From Promethearchaeota archaeon (GTDB lineage Archaea; Asgardarchaeota; Lokiarchaeia; Sigyniarchaeales; SOKP01), in assembly GCA_019058295.1 (NCBI GenBank), contig JAHPZI010000022.1:26586-90585 (forward strand): a stretch of DNA of 64,000 bases. The letters are read 5' to 3'. Positions 25,052 through 34,078 of this stretch are shown here, piece by piece. The notes beneath the pieces are model-generated. The model was not told the origin of the DNA and ran no database searches. It saw nothing but the letters and a program-made list of their open reading frames with translations. Position numbers and translations under genes: made by a program. Each line of letters begins with the position of its first letter. Position 1 is the first letter of the stretch.

Positions 25052-25225
25052 ATGGAAGATGAAAAGAAAATAATTGAAGATATAATAAATCAAAGAAGAT
25101 TACCTTATTCTATTCAGATTGTAAAAATTGAAGGAGATAACTATACAATAACTAATAATTTTGGGAGCAAAATTGTATATATAAAGAAAGGAGAGAATTA
25201 TTTTCTAGAAGAAGAATTAAAATAA
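25052..25225 (+). CDS. Possible 57-aa small ORF in long AT-rich intergenic region
   Basis: ATG at 25052 to TAA at 25223-25225 (MEDEKKIIEDIINQRRLPYSIQIVKIEGDNYTITNNFGSKIVYIKKGENYFLEEELK). It falls below the track cutoff and has no homology evidence. Confidence 0.2.
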   Translation: MEDEKKIIEDIINQRRLPYSIQIVKIEGDNYTITNNFGSKIVYIKKGENYFLEEELK

Positions 25226-25421
25226 AGATAATTATTTATTTATGATTTATAAATAAAGGTTATTCCTATAACTCTTTCATGGATTGAATTCAGAACTTTT
25301 ATATAGATTTATGAGATTTTTTTTAAATATTATATTAATAAAATAAATTAGATAAGAATTTAAGACTAAAGTTTTTTATTTTAAATAATTAAAACATTTT
25401 TTTAATATTAATAATAAAACC

Positions 25422-26513
25422 ATGCGGCGCCGTCGAGTAAGGTCAGATAATACAGAGAGTAAAAAGTTCGAAAAATTTCGATCTGTTGTTGATGATAGTA
25501 CTTCTCTATCAATATATAATAAAGGAGGAGAACGTTCATTTGTTGTTATTCGTAAAGACTTAGTAAAAGATTATGAGATTGAAGTACAACCATCTGAAGC
25601 TCCAATTTTAAATAAAGTATTAACCGAACCAGAGCCTTATGAAAGTTCCTGTGCCGATATTAAAATTTTAGAGGATGCTGTGTTTCCCGTAAACGATGCA
25701 ATTAAAAAGGTATTTGGTGACACGAAGGATCTTAAATTGCATAGAATTAAATTAGCTATTGGTGGAAGTAATACCGATTATGTTACAGTTGAGGAACAAG
25801 ATTTAAGAAAATTCGATGTAAAACCTACTCTTGATGGATTAATGGATTTTATTAAAGAAAATCGCGAGAGTATATTAGGATTCTTGGATCGGGAATATAT
25901 TAACGAAGAAGGCAATCTTATATACATAGATTGTATAAAAAAAAGTGTTTCAGATAATATTTTTTCAATTAAGTTAAAGATTTTAGCTTCAATGCATCAA
26001 AGGGGCTTTTTTCTTCAACAGGAGCATAAATACTATGGACTTCAACTTTATATTATTATTGAATCAAGAAAAACTGATGATGATAGATTATTAGAGTTAT
26101 TAAAAGAACTTGGAATCGATTGGGAATTAATATTTTTTAGAAGACGGTTAGCCATCCACGATTGGACAGAAATAGAGTGTGAAAGAAATTCTGAAAATTT
26201 AAGGAGCTATTTGCGCTCTAAGCATGAAACTTTAAATTATTTTGATGTAAATAATATTACTCGATTAGTGATTAAAAATCAATTACCTTTCATTGTAGCT
26301 GATAAAATGGCTTCTTTGTTATTTCAAATGAAGGAAGAGCGAGCTGCTCAACTTCAAGAAGATGGATATTCAGTAACGCTAAAAAAAGCTGAAATTGTGG
26401 CAGCGGCTAAACTTGCATGTGCTTATTTAGGAATTCAAGCGGAGATACAATATGATAGAGATATTTCTATGGAGGATGTTTTAAAATACGAGGAAGAACT
26501 CTCTAATATGTAA
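25422..26513 (+). CDS. Hypothetical protein
   Basis: 363 aa and soluble, with an Arg-rich N-terminus MRRRRVR. I recognise no motif. Confidence 0.5.
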   Translation: MRRRRVRSDNTESKKFEKFRSVVDDSTSLSIYNKGGERSFVVIRKDLVKDYEIEVQPSEAPILNKVLTEPEPYESSCADIKILEDAVFPVNDAIKKVFGDTKDLKLHRIKLAIGGSNTDYVTVEEQDLRKFDVKPTLDGLMDFIKENRESILGFLDREYINEEGNLIYIDCIKKSVSDNIFSIKLKILASMHQRGFFLQQEHKYYGLQLYIIIESRKTDDDRLLELLKELGIDWELIFFRRRLAIHDWTEIECERNSENLRSYLRSKHETLNYFDVNNITRLVIKNQLPFIVADKMASLLFQMKEERAAQLQEDGYSVTLKKAEIVAAAKLACAYLGIQAEIQYDRDISMEDVLKYEEELSNM

Positions 26514-26586
26514 ATTCTCTTTTTCTAAAATACGGAAAGAATATATTTAAAAAAAAAAATCGGATTATAGAAAAGAAAAATAATAT

Positions 26587-27573
26587 TTAACTTAATCCGT
26601 AAGATTGCTTTAATAACTCGTGATTTTTTTCTCCTACAATTATAGAATTTCCAGTTTTTATATTTTTTACCTTATATATTGCTGGAGCAAATAATCCTGG
26701 ATCAATTTTATAAAAATCATAATTAGCTTCTTTAAAAATTTTATTGAATGGTTTTCCATAGCTAGATGATTGATTAGCAGGGGCAGCTTTAATCAGTTCA
26801 AACAATTCTGCTTCTTTCTCTTTTTCTGCATTAATTGTATAAGAGGTTTCTCCAGCAAAAATAATGGAATCGTTGGTAAGTCCCATTGCTGCGAAATCAT
26901 CCTTAGCAATAGGAGCTATTGGAGCGGTTCCAAAACCATCCTGGATAACTTCTAATGGAAAATGCAGCTCATGAAATTTATGTATACCTGTTTCAACTAC
27001 TCTAGCAGAAACTTGAATAGATCCTGTTAAGCAAGCAGTGGGAGCACACACAGCATATGTTTTACTAGGATCAACATTACATTTTTCTGTAACTATTGCC
27101 ATGACTTCATCGTTTGGCATTTTTCTTGTTTCAAAGACAATGATTGCACAATCAGAATCGTCATTATATTTAATCTCTTCAAATAATTTTTCAACTTTCG
27201 CCTTTGCTCGTGCTGGTCCCGAACCTAATGATTGAAACACTACTTTCTTCTTTATTTTTCCGTCCTTTTCTACTTCTTTTTTTAATTTTACGCTCCAACC
27301 GGCTAATTGAGAAGCCATACAGGAAATTATTGGTTCTGATGTAGTTACTTTAACAGAATCTAGTTTATGCCCATCTAAGTCGTAAGAGCCTAATTCTACA
27401 GATCCTAAACCCCCCATACAAATCTCAGCGACAATTTTTCCACCAATATTCGAAGCATTTGTGCAATCTATAACTGTAGAACCATTGCTCAATTCGATTA
27501 CTTCGATATTATAATTCAACTTATTATCTATTAACTTCTTTACTAATTCTAAAGAAAGTTCATTTATCTTCAT
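26587..27573 (-). CDS. mch: Methenyl-tetrahydromethanopterin cyclohydrolase
   Basis: 328 aa. Strong similarity to known Mch: ELSNGSTVIDC, CMGGLG, GSGPARA, SARVVETG, GTAPIAPIAKDD, YGKPF..IF.EA..DFYKIDPGLFAPA. Confidence 0.9.
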   Translation of the reverse strand: MKINELSLELVKKLIDNKLNYNIEVIELSNGSTVIDCTNASNIGGKIVAEICMGGLGSVELGSYDLDGHKLDSVKVTTSEPIISCMASQLAGWSVKLKKEVEKDGKIKKKVVFQSLGSGPARAKAKVEKLFEEIKYNDDSDCAIIVFETRKMPNDEVMAIVTEKCNVDPSKTYAVCAPTACLTGSIQVSARVVETGIHKFHELHFPLEVIQDGFGTAPIAPIAKDDFAAMGLTNDSIIFAGETSYTINAEKEKEAELFELIKAAPANQSSSYGKPFNKIFKEANYDFYKIDPGLFAPAIYKVKNIKTGNSIIVGEKNHELLKQSYGLS

Positions 27574-27647
27574 TTTAATTGCCTAAATTTTTTATTTTTA
27601 TTCCTTCATAAATAATTTTTGGATTATTAAATATATTTTTATATATA

Positions 27648-29207
27648 TTGTTAAATAAGAAATTAAGGAATATTTTTGATTCTTTGAAAATGTATGATCC
27701 AGCTAAAAAATTAGAAAATTTAAAGGTTGACCTTGAGAATGCTAAAAGTTATTTTTTTAAGAATATTGAAAAGATGGAGTCAACGGTTCATATTTATACC
27801 CATATAGATGCGGATGGCCTAGCAGCGGGGGCAATTCTTGGAAAAGCACTTTATAGGGCAAATATTCCTTTTCAAATTACAGTACTTAGACAATTAGAGA
27901 GGGAAGAAATTCTAAAAATAGCAAATAGTGAAACTAATAATTTCATTATTTTTTCTGATTTTGGGAGTGGTCAATATTTAGAACTTCAGGAAAAATTAAT
28001 TGAAAATGGTCATTTAGCTCCTTTTATAATTTTAGATCACCATTTACCTCAAAATATCGCTAATAAGGAAGACTTTGATTCCATCAAAGATATTCATCAA
28101 AAAACAACTCCTTGGCAAATAAATCCATATTTTTATGATATCGATGGGAGTACAGAGATATCGGGAGCAGGACTTTGTTATTACTTTGCAAAGTGTTTAA
28201 ACGAAAAAAATTTAGACCTCTCTCCAGTAGCGATCGTCGGTGCTATTGGAGATATACAGAATCAAGGTACGAACAGATCTTTTATGGGATTAAATTCACT
28301 GATTGTAGACGAGGCGAAAAGAAATGGATATATTGAGATTATTGATGATTTAAATTTCACATCATTAAAGCCTTTAAACGAAGCTATTGCCTATTCATCT
28401 GAAATAATATTACCGGGATTGACTAACAATGTTAATAGAACATTAAAATTTTTACAGACTTTAGGTATTTTAATGGAGAATTCTGAAGGGAATGTAAGAA
28501 CTTTACAAGATTTAAATAAGGATGAAAAACAAAAACTATCGAGTGCGATAATTGAATATGCGTCTCTTAAATTAGATATTGAACCAAGTGAAATTATTAA
28601 AAAACTAATTGTAAATCGTTATTTGATAAAAAATGAAATTAATTATTCAGATCTTTATGATTCAAGAGAATTTTCATTTATTCTAAATGCTTGTGGAAGA
28701 ACTAATAATGCGGCTTTAGGAATTGCTATTGCAATGGGAGATAGGAAAAATTCCTATGAACAAGCTAAAGATAATCAATTAAATTATAAAAAATTACTCA
28801 TGAAAGGACTTTCATGGATTAAAGAAAATGATAAAATACAGCAAATGGATTTTATTCAATACTTTTTTGGAGAAGATATAATTCCAGAAAATATTATTGG
28901 AACAGTTTCCTCAATGTTAATTAGAAGCAAGCTTATTAATATAATGAAACCAATTTTTGGAGTAGCCCTCCGAGAAGATGATGATGTATACAAAATCTCA
29001 GGAAGGGCTCATGAACAAATTGTAGATAAAGGAGTAAATCTTTCAGAAGCAATTAGAGAGGCACTAAAACTTACAAACTTAGATTCTTTAGGTGGCGGAC
29101 ATCCTCCCGCAGCTGGTACTATCGTTCCTGTCAATAAAATCGATCTTTTTTTAGAAAATTGTAATGAAATTATTAAAAAGCAATTAAAAACTTTAAACAA
29201 TTTGTAA
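27648..29207 (+). CDS. DHH/DHHA1 phosphoesterase, archaeal RecJ/GAN (Cdc45-like)
   Basis: 519 aa. Motifs are HIDADGLAAGAIL, FSDFGSG, ILDHH and the C-terminal GGGHPPAAG. The track start is TTG; the ATG at about 27690 is an alternative. Confidence 0.7.
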   Translation: MLNKKLRNIFDSLKMYDPAKKLENLKVDLENAKSYFFKNIEKMESTVHIYTHIDADGLAAGAILGKALYRANIPFQITVLRQLEREEILKIANSETNNFIIFSDFGSGQYLELQEKLIENGHLAPFIILDHHLPQNIANKEDFDSIKDIHQKTTPWQINPYFYDIDGSTEISGAGLCYYFAKCLNEKNLDLSPVAIVGAIGDIQNQGTNRSFMGLNSLIVDEAKRNGYIEIIDDLNFTSLKPLNEAIAYSSEIILPGLTNNVNRTLKFLQTLGILMENSEGNVRTLQDLNKDEKQKLSSAIIEYASLKLDIEPSEIIKKLIVNRYLIKNEINYSDLYDSREFSFILNACGRTNNAALGIAIAMGDRKNSYEQAKDNQLNYKKLLMKGLSWIKENDKIQQMDFIQYFFGEDIIPENIIGTVSSMLIRSKLINIMKPIFGVALREDDDVYKISGRAHEQIVDKGVNLSEAIREALKLTNLDSLGGGHPPAAGTIVPVNKIDLFLENCNEIIKKQLKTLNNL

Positions 29208-29222
29208 AACCTTTTAATCCAC

Positions 29223-30521
29223 TTATATTTTGTAAACCTCTCCTATTTCTGGAGCAACAGAACTATAAGATTTTTTTGCCATCTCGTTTGCTAAAGTAGT
29301 AGTAGCTTCTTTATCTCCGTGAATACAAAAGATAAATTTTGAATCATCACGAAATCTTAAATCTTCAATGTATTGGCGAAGATGAGCACCGTCAGCATGA
29401 CTTGAGAAGTCAAAATAATCGTAATCGCATTTAGCTTCAATTTTAAAATCTTCCATATATCCTCGTCTATATTTTTCCTTAAATTCAATAACTCCATTAT
29501 CTAAAAGACTTCTTCCAGGGGATCCTTCAACTTGGTATCCAATTAAATAAATAGCTGAATTTGGATCTTTTAAAAAAGATTTTACAAATTCAATAGCGGC
29601 ACCCCCTTTTAACATACCAGAAGGAGCTATAATCACTCCATTAGATTTCTTTGCTATATTTCTTCCCTTTCTTGATAAAAATTGAGCTTTATTTAGTGCT
29701 TTTCTATACATTTTTATATTCTTAAGAGATTCAGGAAAATTTAATAAAAGAGTAGATATTTTTCTTGCCAATCCATCAATAAAGATTTTGCCCTCATAAC
29801 CATATTTTTGTAGTATTAATAAGGCTTCTTGAGAACGAGCCACTCCAAAAGCAGGAACAAGAACTTTTCCACCGTTTTCAGTTATATCTATTATATTTTC
29901 TGCAAAATTTTTCTCAAGATCCTCTCTACTTGGATGATTTCTAAGAGTATATGTACTTTCAGTAATTAAAGCATCAATTTCTGGTATAAAAGAAGAGCTT
30001 GTCGGATTAACTAAATTTGTTATTTGATTATTAATATCTCCTGTATATAAAATTATCTTATTATCTACTTCTATTAAAATTGAAACACTTCCAGGGATAT
30101 GCCCAGCATTAATAAATGAGATATAAAAATCTTCACTTATTTTTTGACGCACTCCATTCTCTAAAAAGCGTGTATATTGCATCATTTTATTTAAATCTTT
30201 TAACCCAAAAGGGTATGCATAATTTGATATTCTTATCATATCTCTTATAAGAATTTCAGTTATTTCTAGTGATACAGCATTAGTGAAGAGTGGTACAGAA
30301 TTATTTTTAAAAATAAATGGCAATGCTCCTGAATGATCTATATGGCAATGGGTTAGAGCGATAGCTTTTAAATTACTATAATCAAAATCAAGAGGAAGTC
30401 TTTCCTTGCCTCGAAAACGAATTCCATAGTCAATGACACATTTTTCTTGGTTTTTAGACTCAATTAAAACGCCAGATCGACCAACTTCTCTGCAACCACC
30501 TAAAAATGTAATTTTTACCAT
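29223..30521 (-). CDS. Metallo-beta-lactamase / beta-CASP ribonuclease (aCPSF2-like)
   Basis: 432 aa. It has HCHIDHSG (HxHxDH), a later H/D motif pattern, and C-terminal FSSHADG typical of beta-CASP. Confidence 0.7.
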   Translation of the reverse strand: MVKITFLGGCREVGRSGVLIESKNQEKCVIDYGIRFRGKERLPLDFDYSNLKAIALTHCHIDHSGALPFIFKNNSVPLFTNAVSLEITEILIRDMIRISNYAYPFGLKDLNKMMQYTRFLENGVRQKISEDFYISFINAGHIPGSVSILIEVDNKIILYTGDINNQITNLVNPTSSSFIPEIDALITESTYTLRNHPSREDLEKNFAENIIDITENGGKVLVPAFGVARSQEALLILQKYGYEGKIFIDGLARKISTLLLNFPESLKNIKMYRKALNKAQFLSRKGRNIAKKSNGVIIAPSGMLKGGAAIEFVKSFLKDPNSAIYLIGYQVEGSPGRSLLDNGVIEFKEKYRRGYMEDFKIEAKCDYDYFDFSSHADGAHLRQYIEDLRFRDDSKFIFCIHGDKEATTTLANEMAKKSYSSVAPEIGEVYKI

Positions 30522-30586
30522 TAGCTACAATATCCCCTAAAAAATTTAAAAAAAAAATAAATAGAAGCTACTAAAAATTAAAACTG

Positions 30587-31336
30587 TTATTTCATCTTTT
30601 TTATGGTATTAGTTAATAAAGCGATAACATTATTAACATTTTTTCCAAAAACTTCTAATATTTCCTCCCAAGTAACAGGAGCCTCATCAACTTTCCAGCA
30701 ATCATAATCAGTTGACATTGCGACAGCTGCATATGGAATTCCTGCTTCATTTGCCAAAGCTGTTTCAGGGGCAATGCTCATGTTTATTACGTCTGCACCC
30801 CATATTCTAAACATATTTGATTCAGCTCTCGTAGAAAATCTTGGACCTTCAATGGTAACCACTGTACCTTTTTCATGATGCTTAAGATTCAATTCCTTAG
30901 CGGTCTCTATAAGGAGATTTCTTAATTCTTCAGAATAGGGATCAGCCATAGGAGTATGCTTCATATCTCCAGGAGCAAATTCTTCAAAAAAAGAGATTTT
31001 CCTAAGTCTTGTGAAATCGATAAATTGATCCAAAATAACTAAATCACCTCTATCAATTTTTTCTCTAAGGCTTCCGCAAGCAGTTGTTGCTAAGATATGA
31101 GTACAACCTTGATCTTTTAACGCCTGTATATTAGCCCTATAATTTACTTGCGTTGGAGGTATTGTATGCTCCCGTCCATGCCTAGCTATGAGAACAACCT
31201 CAACATCATGTATCTTGCCAATTTTTAAATTAGACGTAGGATTACCATAAGGTGTTTTAACTTTTATTTCTTTAACATCCTTTAAAATGTCAGGATTATC
31301 TAATCCTGAACCTCCAATTATTCCAATTTTTGCCAT
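30587..31336 (-). CDS. mtnP: S-methyl-5'-thioadenosine phosphorylase
   Basis: 249 aa. IGIIGGSGL, ARHGREH..PP..VNYRANI.AL and ACGSL...GDLV..DQFIDFT match the MTAP family. Confidence 0.85.
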   Translation of the reverse strand: MAKIGIIGGSGLDNPDILKDVKEIKVKTPYGNPTSNLKIGKIHDVEVVLIARHGREHTIPPTQVNYRANIQALKDQGCTHILATTACGSLREKIDRGDLVILDQFIDFTRLRKISFFEEFAPGDMKHTPMADPYSEELRNLLIETAKELNLKHHEKGTVVTIEGPRFSTRAESNMFRIWGADVINMSIAPETALANEAGIPYAAVAMSTDYDCWKVDEAPVTWEEILEVFGKNVNNVIALLTNTIKKMK

Positions 31337-31359
31337 AAACTTCCCCAGTTTCTTATATT

Positions 31360-31887
31360 TTATTCCTCAACAGGAATTTCTAAAAGAGTAAAAATATCAT
31401 ATCCTTTTAATTTGTCTCTTCCATGTAAACTACCCGTAAGTTCTATTATAAAAGCTATTCCTTCAACAGTACCTCCTGATTTTTCAACAAGATTACAAGC
31501 TGCCTTAGCCGTTCCTCCTGTTGCTAATAAATCATCAAATATTAATACCTTTTCGCCTTTTTCAATCGCATCACTATGCATTTCAATGGAATCGGTACCA
31601 TACTCTAATTCATAAGTCTCGATAATTGTGTTTGCAGGTAGTTTACCAGGTTTTCTCATTAATATAAATCCCGCACCTAATTGATATGCGATAACACCTC
31701 CCCAAACATAACCTCTAGCTTCAATTGCAGCAACTTTTTCTATTCCTTTTTTCTTATAATGCTTAATTATCTTATCACAAGACTCTTTAAAAGCAGAATA
31801 ATTTTTGCATAAGGTAGTTACATCTTTAAACTGAATCCCGGGTTTAGGAAAATCGGGAACATTTCTTATATGTTTTTCCAAATCCAT
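31360..31887 (-). CDS. apt: Adenine phosphoribosyltransferase
   Basis: 175 aa. It has FPKPGIQFKDVT, EARGYVWGG and the PRPP motif VLIFDDLLATGGT. Confidence 0.85.
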   Translation of the reverse strand: MDLEKHIRNVPDFPKPGIQFKDVTTLCKNYSAFKESCDKIIKHYKKKGIEKVAAIEARGYVWGGVIAYQLGAGFILMRKPGKLPANTIIETYELEYGTDSIEMHSDAIEKGEKVLIFDDLLATGGTAKAACNLVEKSGGTVEGIAFIIELTGSLHGRDKLKGYDIFTLLEIPVEE

Positions 31888-32060
31888 AATTAAAAACTCG
31901 TCTTTTTTTATGTTTCAATTATTTTTAACTAATTAAATTTAAAATAATATTTAATATTTTTATTCAAGAAGAATTTACAAAAAATTAAATAAACTGATTA
32001 AATGTTATATTATAATAAATGTAAATCTTCATATATTTATCATTTAAAGGTGAAATTTCG

Positions 32061-33017
32061 ATTAAGATATTACTGTTTGGTCCTGCTGGAGCTGGAAAAA
32101 CTAGTTTGATGAGAACAACCTGCCTAGGATACAACTTTATGAAAGTGGCAAACATTAAACCAACAAAGGGTATTTCCCGTGAAAATTTTATATTTCGTGG
32201 CATAATGGAATTGACTATTTGGGACGCTGGAGGTCAGGAACGATATTTAGAAAGGTATTTCTCTGAATCTCAACGAGAACTTATTTTTTCAGAAGTTACT
32301 ACGTCAGTTTTTATGGTTGATTCTACAGTTATAAATCATAAAGTAAAAGAAGTTTTTGATAAATTTTTAGAATATATAATTCAGTTTTCTCCTAATCTTG
32401 ATAAAATCTATGTTCTATTGAATAAAATTGATTTGGAAAATTCAAAGGAAGATGACGTCTTTAAATTTTTGTCTGAAAATGTATCCGAAAATTTACGAGA
32501 TAAGCTTGCTTTTACTCCTGTCTCTGTCAAAGAGGGTAGTGCTCAGCATAGATTAATTGAAATTTTAGATTTTGAAATTCAAAAGTCAACATTAAGTATG
32601 CAAAAGCTGGGTAAAATTAGATCCTTATTGGATAATTTAAAAACAAGTTCTTTATCTGAATATCTTCTATTTAATCAACCAGATGGATTATTAATCGCTT
32701 CTACATTTGGTAAATTTGAGAGTAAGCCATTAGAATTCATAAGGTTTGAAATGGGTACATTGGACTCCAATCTTTATCAAATATACCAACAAGCAATGGA
32801 AATTTTAAATGTAAAAAATCTTAGTCCTTTAGGCCTTTCCACAATTATCTATGAATCAGATATTTGTTATGTTTTAGTTAAGGAAGTCAGCGATGGAGCC
32901 GTTTTAATGACAATTTCGAAAAATAAACGACCCGATGTGTTTTCAAATATTATAACAGCCCTAAATAGTCCAGACTTTGAAAGCTTAAAGAAATTTGTAA
33001 GCACTTCAGAACTATAA
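32061..33017 (+). CDS. Rag/Gtr-like small GTPase with C-terminal extension (roadblock-like?); start non-canonical
   Basis: The P-loop KILLFGPAGAGKTS (32064-32105) lies upstream of the track start (TTG at 32106). G3 is WDAGGQERY and G4 is LNKID. About 130 aa of non-GTPase C-terminal domain follow. The frame is open from 32025 with no ATG/GTG/TTG. AGGTGA (32048-32053) lies 7 nt before ATT at 32061. Confidence 0.7.
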   Translation: MKILLFGPAGAGKTSLMRTTCLGYNFMKVANIKPTKGISRENFIFRGIMELTIWDAGGQERYLERYFSESQRELIFSEVTTSVFMVDSTVINHKVKEVFDKFLEYIIQFSPNLDKIYVLLNKIDLENSKEDDVFKFLSENVSENLRDKLAFTPVSVKEGSAQHRLIEILDFEIQKSTLSMQKLGKIRSLLDNLKTSSLSEYLLFNQPDGLLIASTFGKFESKPLEFIRFEMGTLDSNLYQIYQQAMEILNVKNLSPLGLSTIIYESDICYVLVKEVSDGAVLMTISKNKRPDVFSNIITALNSPDFESLKKFVSTSEL

Positions 33018-33100
33018 ATCAAATTATTTTTAAAAAAATACAAAAAAATAAAAATAAAGGAAAAAGAAAGTTTAATTTCTAATTTTTTCAAGTTTTTAAT

Positions 33101-33955
33101 TTATTGTTCTTTATCCATTAAACCTCTTTTTGTTAGAAATTGTTGCTTGGCGTGATGAGGTTTCCTAAGAACAGTATCGTTAGCTTTCTCTATTTCTCTA
33201 GCTTCATAACACATAAGTGCTGCGGTCGACATCATCTCGTGAGCCGCGGCTAATAAAGGCATATATTCAGCTCGTTCCTTTAATACAAAACATGCTTTTG
33301 CAGTTACTTTAGATACAGATGCAGCTAATTCAAAGGCAGCTATTGCTTTAGCTTTAGCATAAGGATTGGAAAAGCCCGCAGCTTCAGTTGCAACGTTTGC
33401 ATCTATAATAATTTGAGGTAAAATAGGATTTCTTCCTTCCAACATGTCCAATATAACTTTATTTAACTCTTCAGCTATGACTCTAAGTGCTCCAGTAATA
33501 GCAAGAACTTTTAATAAATCCGCGTTAAAAATACTCATTTCAATAGGGTCTAAGAATGGTCGTCGTGCGCCAATCATACTGTCGCAATTAACAAGGATAT
33601 AGCCCATTCCCTTTTCCTTAATTTCATCAACAGCCTTCTTAGCTGGTGAATCAGAAATAATTATGGTTGGAATTCCTGCTTCTTTTGCCTTTTCTCTGCA
33701 TGCTTTAGGGCCTCCTAAGGCGGCATTAGGGCTAGACATAAGAATTAATTCAGGGTTCATTTCGAGTAATTTATCAATCGTTGGTAAACATATTTCTGGA
33801 GGGTGCATTTTAGCTCCAGATGTAACTTCTACTACATTGATCCTTTTTCCTTCAGCTCTTTCATCCATAAGGAAAGCAAGCAACAGAGAGCTTCCGATAG
33901 TTCCGTTCTTGAGTATCCCGATCTTTAATACCTTGTCTTCACTCATAATTAACAA
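33101..33955 (-). CDS. mtd: F420-dependent methylene-tetrahydromethanopterin dehydrogenase
   Basis: 284 aa. LMDERAE, FLDPIEMSIFNADLLKVLA, NPYAKAKAIAAFE, AAAHEMM and VLRKPH match Mtd. Confidence 0.9.
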   Translation of the reverse strand: MLIMSEDKVLKIGILKNGTIGSSLLLAFLMDERAEGKRINVVEVTSGAKMHPPEICLPTIDKLLEMNPELILMSSPNAALGGPKACREKAKEAGIPTIIISDSPAKKAVDEIKEKGMGYILVNCDSMIGARRPFLDPIEMSIFNADLLKVLAITGALRVIAEELNKVILDMLEGRNPILPQIIIDANVATEAAGFSNPYAKAKAIAAFELAASVSKVTAKACFVLKERAEYMPLLAAAHEMMSTAALMCYEAREIEKANDTVLRKPHHAKQQFLTKRGLMDKEQ

Positions 33956-34078
33956 CTTTTTTTTATTATTTCAATTAAAAATTTGATATCTCTTAAAATA
34001 TTCCAAATGTTTTAATTATTTTTTAAAATTAAAGATATCATTGAGTAATAATTTTCAAAAAAAAATGGTTGATGAAAA

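Noticed and set aside
25422-25445. GC-rich start of ORF 25422 (atgcggcgccgtcgag), considered as a regulatory RNA structure or restriction-site cluster
   Set aside because: I could find no convincing helix partner. It simply encodes MRRRRV with mixed CGN codons and is noted only as a compositional oddity.
31985-32203. Minus-strand track ORF of 72 aa overlapping the start of the Rag-like GTPase
   Set aside because: It is antisense to the P-loop-encoding segment, and its translation (PAPAGPNSNIL) is the reverse-complement shadow of GPAGAGKT.
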